Part shown: positions 12,128 through 24,128 of the stretch, piece by piece
Numbering within the stretch: the first letter of the stretch is position 1
Layout of the letters: each line of letters begins with the position of its first letter
NCBI GenBank assembly: GCA_043228905.1
Contig: JBHGNT010000015.1
Span: forward strand, 11,222,001 to 11,286,000
From: Azolla caroliniana
Taxonomy: Eukaryota; Plantae; Polypodiophyta
DNA length: 64,000 nt
Direction: 5' to 3'
Notes under the pieces: generated by a model
Databases searched by the model: none
The model's input: the letters and a program-made list of their open reading frames with translations, nothing else
What the model was told of the DNA's origin: nothing
Position numbers and translations under genes: made by a program

Positions 12128-12790
12128 TGTTGGGATTTCGGTCCCTCCGGATGGGATATCCGGAGATGAATGACGGCAAGCCCGGTTGCGGTTACGGAAC
12201 CGGAGGATGAAGAGTACCCGGCATGAAGCCGGATGAAGAGTACCCGGCTACGGATCCGGATGATGAAGACCCCGGCTACGGAGCCGGATGATGAAGACCC
12301 CGGTTACGGAGCCGGATGACGAATGTACCCGGAGAGAGATCCGGATGCGGGGACATATTTGTGAATATGTTTTGCCAAGGGTCCTTGAGGCTATATTTGT
12401 AAATAGCCCGAAAGTCATATGTGTATAAATATGACTTAGGGCAAACAGTTTAGTGTTGTTACTCATTTTTCTGGTTTTCCACTTAGAGGGAGCTAAGTGA
12501 GCAGCCGAGAGAGAGAGAGAGAGAGACGAAGAGGTCGTTGCCTCTGTGTATTACCGCCGCCTGTGGCGAAGACAGTGAGCTCAAGGTTGTTGCCTTGTAG
12601 CTTCACCATTGTACATCTCTGTTTATAGTGATAGTTGGAGTTGGAGGACTCCCGTGGTTTTTCCCATTTAGGGTTTTCCACGTAAAACATCCTGTGTACT
12701 TTTCTCTCTATTGTCTTCGTGCATTTTGTATTTCCTGTTTTCTGTGAGTTGATCCTATTCCTCGGTTGTGGCTGAGCACTGTGTTTAACA
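12128..12790 (+). mobile_element. Young copia family A LTR (663 bp) flanked by TSD GGATC (solo-like)
   Basis: TGTTGGG...TTTAACA; GGATC on both sides; host reading frame resumes at 12796. Confidence 0.92.
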
Positions 12791-13672
12791 GGATCTAGTC
12801 GACAAGAAGGTGTTCCAGAGTTGGGACATAGTCTTCATGGAAGACAAGACCATTGCCGACTGGCAGTCAGAGAAGAAGGTGATGAACCCCGGATCATCCA
12901 ATGAAAACCGGCTTGAGGACACAAGGACTTGCTCGGTTGAAAACCGGATGACACTCGACAAACCGGCCGGATACAGACAAGAAACCGAAGAAGAAGAAGA
13001 AGAAGAAGAAGAAGAAGAAGAAGAAGAAGAAGAAGAAGACACCGGAACCGGACAAGATCCTGAATCGTACTCGGATGAGGAACAAACGGAGGAACCGGTA
13101 GTTAGAAACCAAGGACGGAGATATCCTCTCCAAGAGAGAAGAGCCCCTCGGAGATTTCTGGATGCAGAGCATGTGTTGCTAACCGATGAGGGGGATCCGG
13201 AAAGCTTCGAAGAAGCAAAGAGTGCTATGCAGGATGAGATGGATTCCTTGCATGAGAACCACATGTATGAACTGACGGAGTTGCTGAAAGGGAAGAGAGC
13301 ACTCCAGAACAATTGGGTGTACAAGCTGAAACCGGGAGATGCCAGAAACCCTCCAAGATACAATGCCCGAATTGTAGTGAAGGGTTTCCAGCAGAAGAAA
13401 TGAGTGAACTTCGATGAGTATTGAGTATAGTGGCAAGCATGGACCTTGAGGTAGAGCAACTGGACGTCAAGACAACATTCCTACATGCGAACCTCGAAGA
13501 AGAGATCTACATGCATCAACTGGAAGGATTTGAGAAGAAAGGGAAGGAGCACCTGGTGTGCTTGCTGAAGAAGAGCTTATACGGATTGAAACAAGCCCGC
13601 CAACAATGGTACCCAAAGTTTGACTCCTTCATGACCGACCAAGGGTAGCACAAGACGCAAGCCAAACACTGC

Positions 13673-16600
13673 ATTTCTGGAAAGACAACGGAACCGACGG
13701 TACCGATTCGAAGGAGTCACCGGAGCGAAACGGTGCATACCGGGGAGCCACGGACCGGAGAGGTCCGGATCGGCGAGGGCAGGACCGGAAAGGAACGACG
13801 GCACTCGCGGCAAGTGAAGAAGAGATAATGCTCATTACCGAAGAGAGGGAGCTGAACCTTGCCGGTGAAGAGATGACCTGGGTGGTCGATTCCGGAGCGT
13901 CGTTCCACCTGACCCCGGAGAAGAAATACTTCTCATCCTACACAGCCGGTGAGCACGGCTGTGTCCGGATGGGAAATGAAGGTACATGCCGGATTGCCGG
14001 CATAGGAGACGTGTGGCTGATGACATCAACCGGATGCAAGATGCTGCTGAAGGATGTCCGACACGTTCCGGAGGTTCGATTGAACCTGATTTCGGCCGGG
14101 AGGCTTGACGATGAAGGCTACACAGGTAGCATCCGGAACGGCGTAATGAAGTTCAGCAAGGGGAGCCTGATAGTGGCTCAGGCCCGGAAAGTCAACACAC
14201 TGTACCTTATGAATGCCTGGTTGTGTCCGGAGGAGTTGAACGTGGCAGCCGACACTGCCGGTGAGCTGTGGCACAAGAGACTGTGCCACATGAGTGAGAA
14301 GGGGATGAAGAGGCTTGCAGAAGACAACCTTATTCCAGTGAAGCATGTGCACCTGGAGAAGTGCACCGATTGCCTGGCCGGTAAGCAGAACCGAACCTCC
14401 TTCCACTCAAGGCCACCGACGAGACGTAGCGCACCATTGGAGTTGGTGCACACTGACGTGTGTCAAGTAGAAACGAAGTCACATGGCGGAGCCCAGTACT
14501 TCGTGACATTCATTGATGACCACAGCCGGAAGCTGTGGACGGCACCGTTGAAGACAAAGGACCAAGTGTTGTGCGTCTTCAAAGAACTCCACGCGAGAGT
14601 GGAAAGGGAATCTGGCAAGAAGCTGAAAGCGATACGAGCGGATAACGGAGGGGAATACCGAGGGCAGTTCGAGGAGTATTGTCGCTCGAAGGGAATCCGG
14701 CTTGAGTTTACTGTGCCGAAGACGCCGGAACTGAACGGGCTGGCCGAGAGGATGAACTGGACCATAATGGAGAGGGTCCGGAGTATGCTGGCGCATGCGA
14801 AATTACCCAAGGGGTTTTGGGCTGAGGCAATGTCGACGGCGACATACGTGATAAACAGATCACCCTCAGTACCTTTGGACGGAGACACGCCGCAGAGAGT
14901 GTGGACCGGTAGGGAAGTATCCTACCGGCATCTGAAGGTGTTCGGGTGTCTCGCATATGTGCATGTGGCAAAGGACCGGAGAGGAAAGCTAGATCCAAAG
15001 ACCCGGCCATGCATATTCCTCGGTTAAGGCGATGACGAGTTCGGCTACCGAGTATGGGACCCGGTCGACAAAAAGATATTCCGGAGTCGTGATATCATCT
15101 TCATGGAGGACAAGACACTCGCCGACTGGGAGTCGGAGAAGAAGATGAAGAGCTCCAAGTCGACCGGTGAGGATCAACTCTACGAGGAGCAGTCCCGACC
15201 GGCAAGGGACCGGTTAGCACTCGAGGATCCGGCCGAAGACGGTGAAGAAACAGAACCGGCCGAGGAAGATGAAACTGATACCGGAATCGGCCCCGATCCC
15301 GAAATGGATTCGGATGAAGAGGAAACGGAGGAGCCGGTTACCGAAGCTCCGGAACGGAGATATCCTCTAAGAGAGAGAAGGGCCCCCCTGAGATTTCCGG
15401 AACCAGAGCACGTGCTGCTAACTGACGAAGGGGAGCCGGAGAGTTTTGAAGAAGCAAAGCTTGACACCCATAGCCGCAGGTGGTTAAGTGCCATGCAGGA
15501 GGAGATGGATTCCCTGCATGAGAACTACACATATGAACTTGTGGAGTTGCCGAAAGGAAAGCGGGCACTTAGAAACAAATGGGTGTTCAAGCTGAAACCG
15601 GGAGATGCCGGAAACCCCCCGAGATACAAAGCCAGGATCGTGGTGAAGGGGTTCCAGCAGAAGAAGGGCGTCGACTTCGACGAGATATTTGCCCCAGTAG
15701 TGAAGATGACCTCCATCCGGACGGTGTTGAGCATAGCGGCAAGCATGGACCTCGAGGTAGAACAGATGGACGTGAAGACGGCATTCCTTCACGGTGACCT
15801 CGAAGAAGAGATCTACATGCAGCAACCGGAAGGATTCGAGAAGAAAGGGAAGGAGCACCTGGTATGCCGGTTGAAGAAGAGCCTTTACAGACTGAAGCAG
15901 GCTCCCCGGCAGTGGTACCGGAAGTTCGACTCTTTCATGACCGACGAAGGGTACCACAAAACGCAGTCCGATCACTGCGTGTTTGTGAAGAAGTTCGAAG
16001 GAGGAGACTTTCTAATACTCCTCCTGTACGTGGACGACATGTTGATCGTCGGACGGGACCAGGCCAAGATACGGATGCTGAAGAAAGCGCTTCACCGAAC
16101 CTTCTCAATGAAGGACCTGGGTCCGGCGAGGCAAATATTAGGTATGCACATCATCCGGGACCGGAAGAAGAAGCAGTTGTGGCTGTCACAGGAGAAGTAC
16201 GTGACAAAGGTGCTTCACCGGTTCAACATGTCGGAAGCAAGACCGGTCGGGTCAACCCTCCCGGCAAACTGCAAGTTGTCCAGCAAGCAAAGCCCCAAGA
16301 CAAAGGCTGAGAAGGAGGACATGAGAAAAGTACCATATGCCTCTGCCGTCGGAAGCTTGATGTACGCAATGGTGTGTACAAGACCGGACATAGGATATGC
16401 AGTCGGAGTGGTGAGCCGGTACATGAGCAATCCCGGCAAAGAGCACTGGAACGCAGCCAAGTGGATACTCCGATACCTGAAGGGCACGGCAAACGTGTGC
16501 CTCCGATTCGGCTCTGGTAAGCCCGAACTCGACGGCTTTACCGATTCGGATATGTCGGCTGATGCAGATACCAGTCGGTCCACATCAGGGTATGTGATGA

Positions 16601-17676
16601 CGTATGCAGGGGGAGCTGTTTCGTGGCAGTCAAGGCTGCAGAAGACGGTTGCGTTGTCAACCACGGAGGCGGAGTACATGGCGGCTGTTGAAGCCGGCAA
16701 GGAAATAATATGGATGAAGGACTTCATTAGAGAGCTTGGTATCCGGCAGGAGGAGTACCGACTCTACTGCGACAGTCAGAGTGCCATCCACCTTGCGAAG
16801 AACGCGGCCTATCACTCCCGGACGAAGCACATCCAGCGAAGATATCACTGGATCCGGGAAAGGATAGAAGACCAGGAGTTCGTGCTGACGAAGATCCACA
16901 CGGACGAGAACGGGTCGGATATGCTGACCAAGGTGCTCACACCCGACAAGCTGGAAGCATCCGGAAGAGGATCGGATTGGAGAGACATCCCATGCCGAAG
17001 TGAAGGGGGAGTTTGTTGGGATTTCGGTCCCTCCGGATGGGATGTCCGGAGATGAATGACGGCAAGCCCGGTTGCGGTTACGGAACCGGAGGATGAAGAG
17101 TACCCGGCATGAAGCCGGATGAAGAGTACCCGGCTACGGATCCGGATGATGAAGACCTCGGCTACGGAGCCGGATGATGAAGACCCCGGTTACGGAGCCG
17201 GATGACGAATGTACCCGGAGAGAGATCCGGATGCGGGGACATATTTGTGAATATGTTTTGCCAAGGGTCCTTGAGGCTATATTTGTAAATAGCCCGAAAG
17301 TCATATGTGTATAAATATGACTTAGGGCAAACAGTTTAGTGTTGTTACTCATTTTTCTGGTTTTCCACTTAGAGGGAGCTAAGTGAGCAGCCGAGAGAGA
17401 GAGAGAGAGAGACGAAGAGGTCGTTGCCTCTGTGTATTACCGCCGCCTGTGGCGAAGACAGTGAGCTCAAGGTTGTTGCCTTGTAGCTTCACCATTGTAC
17501 ATCTCTGTTTATAGTGATAGTTGGAGTTGGAGGACTCCCGTGGTTTTTCCCATTTAGGGTTTTCCACGTAAAACATCCTGTGTACTTTTCTCTCTATTGT
17601 CTTCGTGCATTTTGTATTTCCTGTTTTCTGTGAGTTGATCCTATTCCTCGGTTGTGGCTGAGCACTGTGTTTAACA
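13673..17676 (+). mobile_element. Young copia family A element, 3' part (end of gag through PPT and 3' LTR 17014-17676)
   Basis: Near-identical to the reverse complement of the 30799-34130 interior; PPT GAAGGGGGAGTT. Confidence 0.92.
13828..17002 (+). pseudogene. pol: Copia pol (PR-IN-RT-RNaseH) with a nonsense codon at 15025-15027 and a 1-bp deletion near 16960
   Basis: VDSGAS, HTDVC/DNGGEY/NGLAER, YVDD, FTDSD; TAA where the sister copy has TAC. Confidence 0.9.
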
Positions 17677-19744
17677 GGATCTAGTCGACAAGAAGGTGTT
17701 CCAGAGTTGGGACATAGTCTTCATGGAAGACAAGACCATTGCTGACTGGCAGTCAGAGAAGAAGGTGATGAACCCCGGATCATCCAATGAAAACCGGCTT
17801 GAGGACACAAGGACTTGCTCGGTTGAAAACCGGATGACACTCGACAAACCGGCCGGATACAGACAAGAAACCGAAGAAGAAGAAGAAGAAGAAGAAGAAG
17901 AAGAAGAAGAAGAAGAAGAAGAAGAAGAAGACACCGGAACCGGACAAGATCCTGAATCGTACTCGGATGAGGAACAAACGGAGGAACCGGTAGTTAGAAA
18001 CCAAGGACGGAGATATCCTCTCCAAGAGAGAAGAGCCCCTCGGAGATTTCTGGATGCAGAGCATGTGTTGCGAACCGATGAGGGGGATCCGGAAAGCTTC
18101 GAAGAAGCAAAGAGTGCTATGCAGGATGAGATGGATTCCTTGCATGAGAACCACATGTATGAACTGACGGAGTTGCTGAAAGGGAAGAGAGCACTCCAGA
18201 ACAATTGGGTGTACAATCTGAAACCGGGAGATGCCAGAAACCCTCCAAGATACAATGCCCGAATTGTAGTGAAGGGTTTCCAGCAGAAGAAATGAGTGAA
18301 CTTCGATGAGTATTGAGTATAGTGGCAAGCATGGACCTTGAGGTAGAGCAACTGGACGTCAAGACAACATTCCTACATGCGAACCTCGAAGAAGAGATCT
18401 ACATGCATCAACTGGAAGGATTTGAGAAGAAAGGGAAGGAGCACCTGGTGTGCTTGCTGAAGAAGAGCTTATACGGATTGAAACAAGCCCGCCAACAATG
18501 GTACCCAAAGTTTGACTCCTTCATGACCGACCAAGGGTACCACAAGACGCAAGCCAAACACTGCGTGTTTGTGAAGAAATTTGATGGAGGAGATTTCCTT
18601 ATACTTCTCTTGTATGTGGATGACTGATCATCGGACGAGACCAAGGTTAAGATTCGAATGCTGAAGAAGGCTCTGAACCGTACTTTCACAATGAAAGCCT
18701 TGGGTCCGACAAGACAGATATTGGGAATGAACATAATCCGCGACCAGTCGAAGAAGCTATTGTGGTTGTCATAGGAGAAGTACGTGACAAAGGTGCTTCA
18801 ACGGTTCAACTTGTCAGAGGCGAAATTGGTCGGATCGACACTTCCAACAAACTGCAAGCTATCCGGAAAACAAAGCCCGAGGATAGAGGCGAAGAAAAAA
18901 AATATGATGAAGATTCCATATGCCTCTGCTGTTTGAAGCTTAATGTACACAATGGTATGTACTTGATCGGATATCGGATATGCAGTCGGAGTGGTGAGCC
19001 GGGTCATGAGCAATCCTGGAAATGAGCACTAGAACGCGGTCAAGTGGATACTCCAATATTTGAAATGCACCTCAAGTATGTGCCTCCGGTTTGGCTCTGG
19101 TAATCCCCAACTTGACGGATTCACGGATTCAGACATGTCGGTTGATGCGGATACCAGCCGGTCTACATCCGAATATGTCATGACTTCTGCAGGGGGAGCA
19201 GTATCATGGCAATCGGGACTGCAGAAGATGGTTGCGTTGTCAACCACGGAGGTGGCGTACATAGCAACCATGGAAGCCGACAAGGAGATAATCTAGATGA
19301 AGGACTTCACCGGAGAGCTAGGAATCTAATAGGAGGAATACCGGTTGTATTGCAACAGTGAAAGTGCCATCCACCTTGCAAAGAACCCGGCCTACCATTC
19401 CCGGACGAAACATATCCAGCGGAGGTACCACTGGATCCAGGAGAGAGTAGAAGATCAATAGTTCGTGTTGACGAAGATCCACACAGAGGAGAACAGGTCG
19501 GATATGTTGACCCAGGCGTTGACAACCGACAAGTTGGACGCATGCCAAAAGCAGATCGGGTTAGTGAGACATCCCATGCCGAAGTGAAAGGGGAGATTGT
19601 TTGGAAATTTCCAATCGGTCCCTCCGGATGGGATCCGATTATGGATAAAGAGGATCCGGTGAGAACCGGAAGAAATCCGGAAACCGGATCAGAGGGACCC
19701 GGTGAGAACCGGAAGAGATGCGAAAACCGGATCGGATGGACCCG

Positions 19745-19937
19745 GTGAGAACCAGAAGACAAGACATATTTGTAAATATGTTTTGAATAAGCCTATTAAG
19801 GCTGTATTTGTAAATAGTCCTAAGTTCATATAAATATAAAGTGAGAACCAAAAGACAAGACATATTTGTAAATATGTTTTGAATAAGCCTATTGAGGCTG
19901 TATTTGTAAATAGTCCTAAGTTCATATAAATATAAAT
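19745..19937. repeat. ~97-bp tandem duplication in U3 of the older copia 3' LTR
   Basis: GTGAGAACC...CATATAAATATAAA present twice. Confidence 0.8.
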
Positions 19938-20320
19938 ATGACTTAGGGCAATCACTTTATGTGAGTTGTCATATTGTTGTATGTGTATAACTGTGGCATA
20001 GAGTGAGTAACAGAGAGAGAGAGAGAGTGAGTGAGATACAGAATGATTTCTGTTGTAACCGCCGCTTGGCGAAGAAACATAGCTCGAGGTCGTTGCCTCT
20101 GAGTCTTTGATTGTACCTTTCTCATATAGTGATAGTTCGGAGCATGTGGGCTCCTGTGGTTTTTCCCTATTAGGGTTTTCCATGTAAACATCCTGTGTAC
20201 TCTCTATTGACTCGTGTGTGTACAACTATTTATCACTATTCCCATTTCTGTGTTTGATCCTTAAACGAAGTTATTCAAGACTCGGTTTTGGCTGAGCAAT
20301 ATTCTGCGCTATTCTCTTTA

Positions 20321-20635
20321 GTTGTAAGCATCCCCCTTAGCTGTCGGATCGCCTTCGAGTGCTCTTCGGTCCATTCGAACTTCCGCCCTTTCTTCAACAG
20401 CCCATAGACTGGCTCGTCGATGTGCGTGTAATGGGCAATCCAAATGTGGTAGAAGGTGCACACTCCCAGGAACCGTCAAACTTTCGTGACTGTCCTACAC
20501 TCCCCCTTCATCGCCGAGATGGCCTTTACCTTCGCGAGAGACGGTTTTCAGCCGTATGGTCTACACAGGTGTCTGACCACCAAGACCTCTAATTGCCCGA
20601 ATGCGGACTTCTCTCCGGAGAAGGTAAGTAGAGCG
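20321..20635 (-). pseudogene. Gypsy RT C-terminal/connection-domain fragment
   Basis: LTFSGEKSAFG, RFLGVCTFYHIWIAHY, LLKKGRKFEWTEEH. Confidence 0.7.
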
Positions 20636-21459
20636 TAAGGTTGTTAGGTACGTGGATACGGTACGGATACCATACGTATATAACGTATTAATACGCGCAT
20701 AGTTCCTCACAATTTAAAAATGCGTTAAATACGTTTTTTAATATGTTAAATACTTATAAAATACTTATTTTACGTATAGTACGTTAAATACTTCTAGAAT
20801 TTGAAAATGATTTATCTTTCTAAAAAATATTTGTAATATTGTAAAAAGCATCTAGTTTACACAATTTTGTGATGTACATTATAGTTCTACATCCTAAAAT
20901 GCATATGAGACATTTGAACATTTCACATCCTAAAATACTTATAATATGGATGTTGACATTCACTTATTCTATAAATCAATGTAACTGTGTATCAGGTTGT
21001 TCTACTTCAAATTGTAATTATTTACGATTATGCCTTCATAGATTGAGGAATCATCTATGATGATCACACTCAGGATAGGTTTCTCTCTTCTTTTCTCTCT
21101 TCTTCATCTTCTTCTATCTTTTGTGATTATCACACTCACACTCAGAGTCAGGACAGGTTTCTGTCTTCTTTTCTCTCTTTTTCTTCTTCTTCATCGTTGT
21201 CATCTCTTATGTTCTTCTTTCTTCTTTTTGCTTCTTTTTCATTAAAATCTTTTTTTTTCTTTTGCATTTTGTTGGGGTTTTACTTACATTTTTTTTATAA
21301 ATATGTATTATACCTGTTTTTTCAAATGTACGTTAAAGACCGTATTGGACAAATGTACATGATATTTGACTGAACAACATTGAGGTATAGTATGTACTAT
21401 ACAAATTATGAGGTGCTATACACATTTAATCGTTAAATACGGGTATGTAAACAACCCTA
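20636..21459. mobile_element. Probable non-autonomous hAT-like DNA element
   Basis: Termini TAAGGTTGTT / AACAACCCTA (imperfect TIR), subterminal TACG/CGTA clusters, AT-rich interior; no TSD. Confidence 0.45.
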
Positions 21460-22078
21460 AACCCTGAATCCGTGTTTAATTCAACTGAATTCCATTCGGG
21501 AGGACCAGTCGGCTCCGTCCCTCTCATCGTTGCAATCACCCGAAACAGGATCGGCCTAGATAATTAGCACAAAATCTGTGATCAGAGCCTTGAAATTAAT
21601 AATTAGATTTGGATCGATAGTTAACTGTGCTCAACTTTGCTAGGTGACATTCAGGAAGACCAGTCGGCTCTGTCCCTCCAATCGCCGAGTCACTCTAAGC
21701 AAGTTTAGTACTCAACTGTCATCCAAAATCAAAACGACAAACCAATCGAATAATTCATGTCCAATTGGACTAGTTGAATCCGATTAGGCTTGTGTTCAAG
21801 CTCAACTAGAATGAATTCAGGAGAGTCAGTCGGCTGCACCCAAACACTTTTTGTAGCCAACTCGGAATAGAGTCTCTCAAAAACTGACACAGATGGCATT
21901 AACATCCATATCATCAGAAATGAGAGTAAGCAAGTTCGACGGATCAAACTTCAACTTCTGGAAGGAGCAAATGCAAGACTATCTTATAGTCAAGGGTCAA
22001 ATAGATCCAATCGAGAACGAAAACCCTCCAGAAGGATACAAGCTGATTGAGTGGCAGAAGTTGGACAGAATTGTCCGT

Positions 22079-23206
22079 TGTCACGAAATTTTCAACACAT
22101 AGTGTGAAACCACCATCAAAAGAGAATAAAATAGTAGTTCAAATAAACTAATATTGTGAAGTTAACTTTTTTAATAAAGGATGAAAAGAAAAAAAGTTCG
22201 AAGCGGTTTTTCAAAAGTAAAAAAAGTAAAAAATAAATAAATAACGCAAGGCGTGGAATTGAGGAGCAAGGTAAAGAAAAAAGCTTGTAATTTTGTCGTT
22301 CAATGTCTAACTTAGAAAATGAAAGATGCATAAGAAAGCTAACGTCATGAGCTTTCCAAGAATGTCGTGCATGTCTAATTTGGGCTTACGAAAAAGAAAT
22401 AAAGATAGAAATAAACCTAGACTCATATAAACAAAGCTTTTCTTAGGAGGAAAAAAAAAAGCAAGCCATAGAAAACCTATAAATAAGAGCTATTCTTAAG
22501 AAGAAGAGGAGAGGGATGGGGACTGGAAGAAGAAAATATTTATGTTTCCTCTCTCATACTCTTCTACCCCAAAAGGGGAGATAGAAAATAATAAATTATG
22601 TAACAAAATAAGTCCATCATATTGATGTTCTAGTAATATCAAACTTTGCACGTTTCCTCTCTCATACTCTCTTACTTTAACTTTGTTTATGTATAAGTGT
22701 ACTTAAGTGTTATTCATACGCTCTTACGCTAAGCATTCTTACTCATAAGCATAATTAAGTACTATTCGATTTCGCATAGTCTCTTACTCGAAGATTTTCT
22801 TGTGCATAACTATAAGTATTAATCAATCTCTCATACTATCTTACTCTTATTCAAGGGAAATATCTCTTCTTAAAACTTCCGGTCCAAAACCCTGGCGGTT
22901 CCGCCTCACGATCCCACTAGCTGGTGGATTTTCACGACAATAGTTTATTACTTTTATTAATATTTAAAACCCTAATAATAAATTAGAATAGATTATGTTT
23001 GTGGGATTCACGAATTTTCTATCTATTTCTCTCTTTCAATCTAAGTTCATACTTTTATCTAAGTATTGATTAATACATTATACTCGTGGGATTCACGTGT
23101 TTCCTAGCTCTCTTTCTTACAATCTACTCATATTCTTATTTGCTTCAAATTCCTCATCCTCCTAGTCCATAACCTCGGTGGTTCCCACCCAACTCAGGCA
23201 ACGATC
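22079..23206 (+). mobile_element. Solo LTR of the tRNA-Trp group inserted in copia gag
   Basis: Starts TGTCACGAAATTTTC..AGTGTGAAACC; CTAGTCCA..GGTGGTTCCC block near the end; splits gag at CCGT/CCGC; extra LTR-like end (TTCACGACA) at 22939. Confidence 0.7.
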
Positions 23207-23944
23207 CCGCGCCACAATTTAGATGCACCTGTCAGAGTCTGTGTACTTCACGATGCAATCATGTTCGATTTCCTTCTAACTATGGAAGACACTTTCAGAC
23301 ACTTATGAAAAGAAGGTCTCCACCACAAAGAGATATCTAATTCGGCGCCTTTACAACCTTCGGATGAAAGAATTTGACTCGGTCTAAGCACACCTGAACA
23401 AGTACGAAAGTTGAAGCTCCCAAATTGCAGCCCAGGAGACAACAATCCTGGGCCGCAATCGAAGGTGAACTAAAAGCAATGTTGCTCATGAATAGTCTTC
23501 CTCCTTCATGGGAAACTTTCGTCACCACAGTGTGCAACACATTGACTACTGCCATTAAATACTCCTCGGTCACGAGTGCAATTCTAACTAAAGCAGTTAG
23601 GAGAAAATCGTTTGCAAAGGATTCGGCCAACGACACTTATGTCGTACAAGGTTTGACTGACCTATCGAACAATCGAGGAAGAAGTTCTTCTTGATAGCCG
23701 CAAAATTAGTGAAGTCAGAGCAAATCCCGGGATAATCAAGTCTACACTTATTGCAAGAAACCCGGACACATCAAAGTTGATTGCAACGCACTCAAAGCCA
23801 AAAATGACAAAGCTCGGCGAGCGGATCAGAAGAGTGGCGGGGATGAGGAGGTCAAGTACATCGGCTCTTCAGCCGAAGTACTATTGACCGACCGGAACAT
23901 ACTATCCATTGAAAACCCAGTCGAATCAGAAGTTTTGTTCATGA

Positions 23945-24128
23945 CTGAGGAATTGAGCACATGGCTCTTGGATTCGGGTGCATCTTATCATAATTTCAAC
24001 AATGAAATTCCAAACGTTGCGCCATAGTCGGAATGCCTGAGGAATTGAGCACATGGCTCTTGGATTCGGGTGCGTCTTATCATAATTTCAACAATGAAAT
24101 TCCAAACGCTGCGCCATAGTCAGAATGC
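23945..24128. repeat. 92-bp tandem duplication in the copia protease region
   Basis: CTGAGGAATTGAGCACATGG... at 23945 and 24037. Confidence 0.9.

Larger units (their letters stand above)
12128..18564 (+). repeat. Direct duplication of LTR plus ~880 bp of host flank (12128-13672 vs 17014-18564)
   Basis: Near-identical copies offset by 4886 bp, differing in (GAA)n length (17 vs 19 Glu codons) and a few SNPs. Confidence 0.92.
10463..20320 (+). mobile_element. Older degenerate Ty1/copia (family A, Tnt1-like), 5'-truncated, interrupted at 12128; 3' LTR ~19598-20320
   Basis: LLLLGSLPDSWE, LWHKRLCH, HTDVC, DNGGEY, YVDD and FTDSD fragments with many stops; PPT AAAGGGGAGAT before the LTR. Confidence 0.85.

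Noticed and set aside
12190-12330. Short repeat array resembling CRISPR
   Set aside because: Imperfect tandem U3 repeats in a copia LTR; no unique spacers or cas genes; eukaryotic context
12785-13459. Antisense poly-Ser/poly-Phe ORFs (also 17671-18351)
   Set aside because: Shadow frames of the copia pol and its GAA microsatellite
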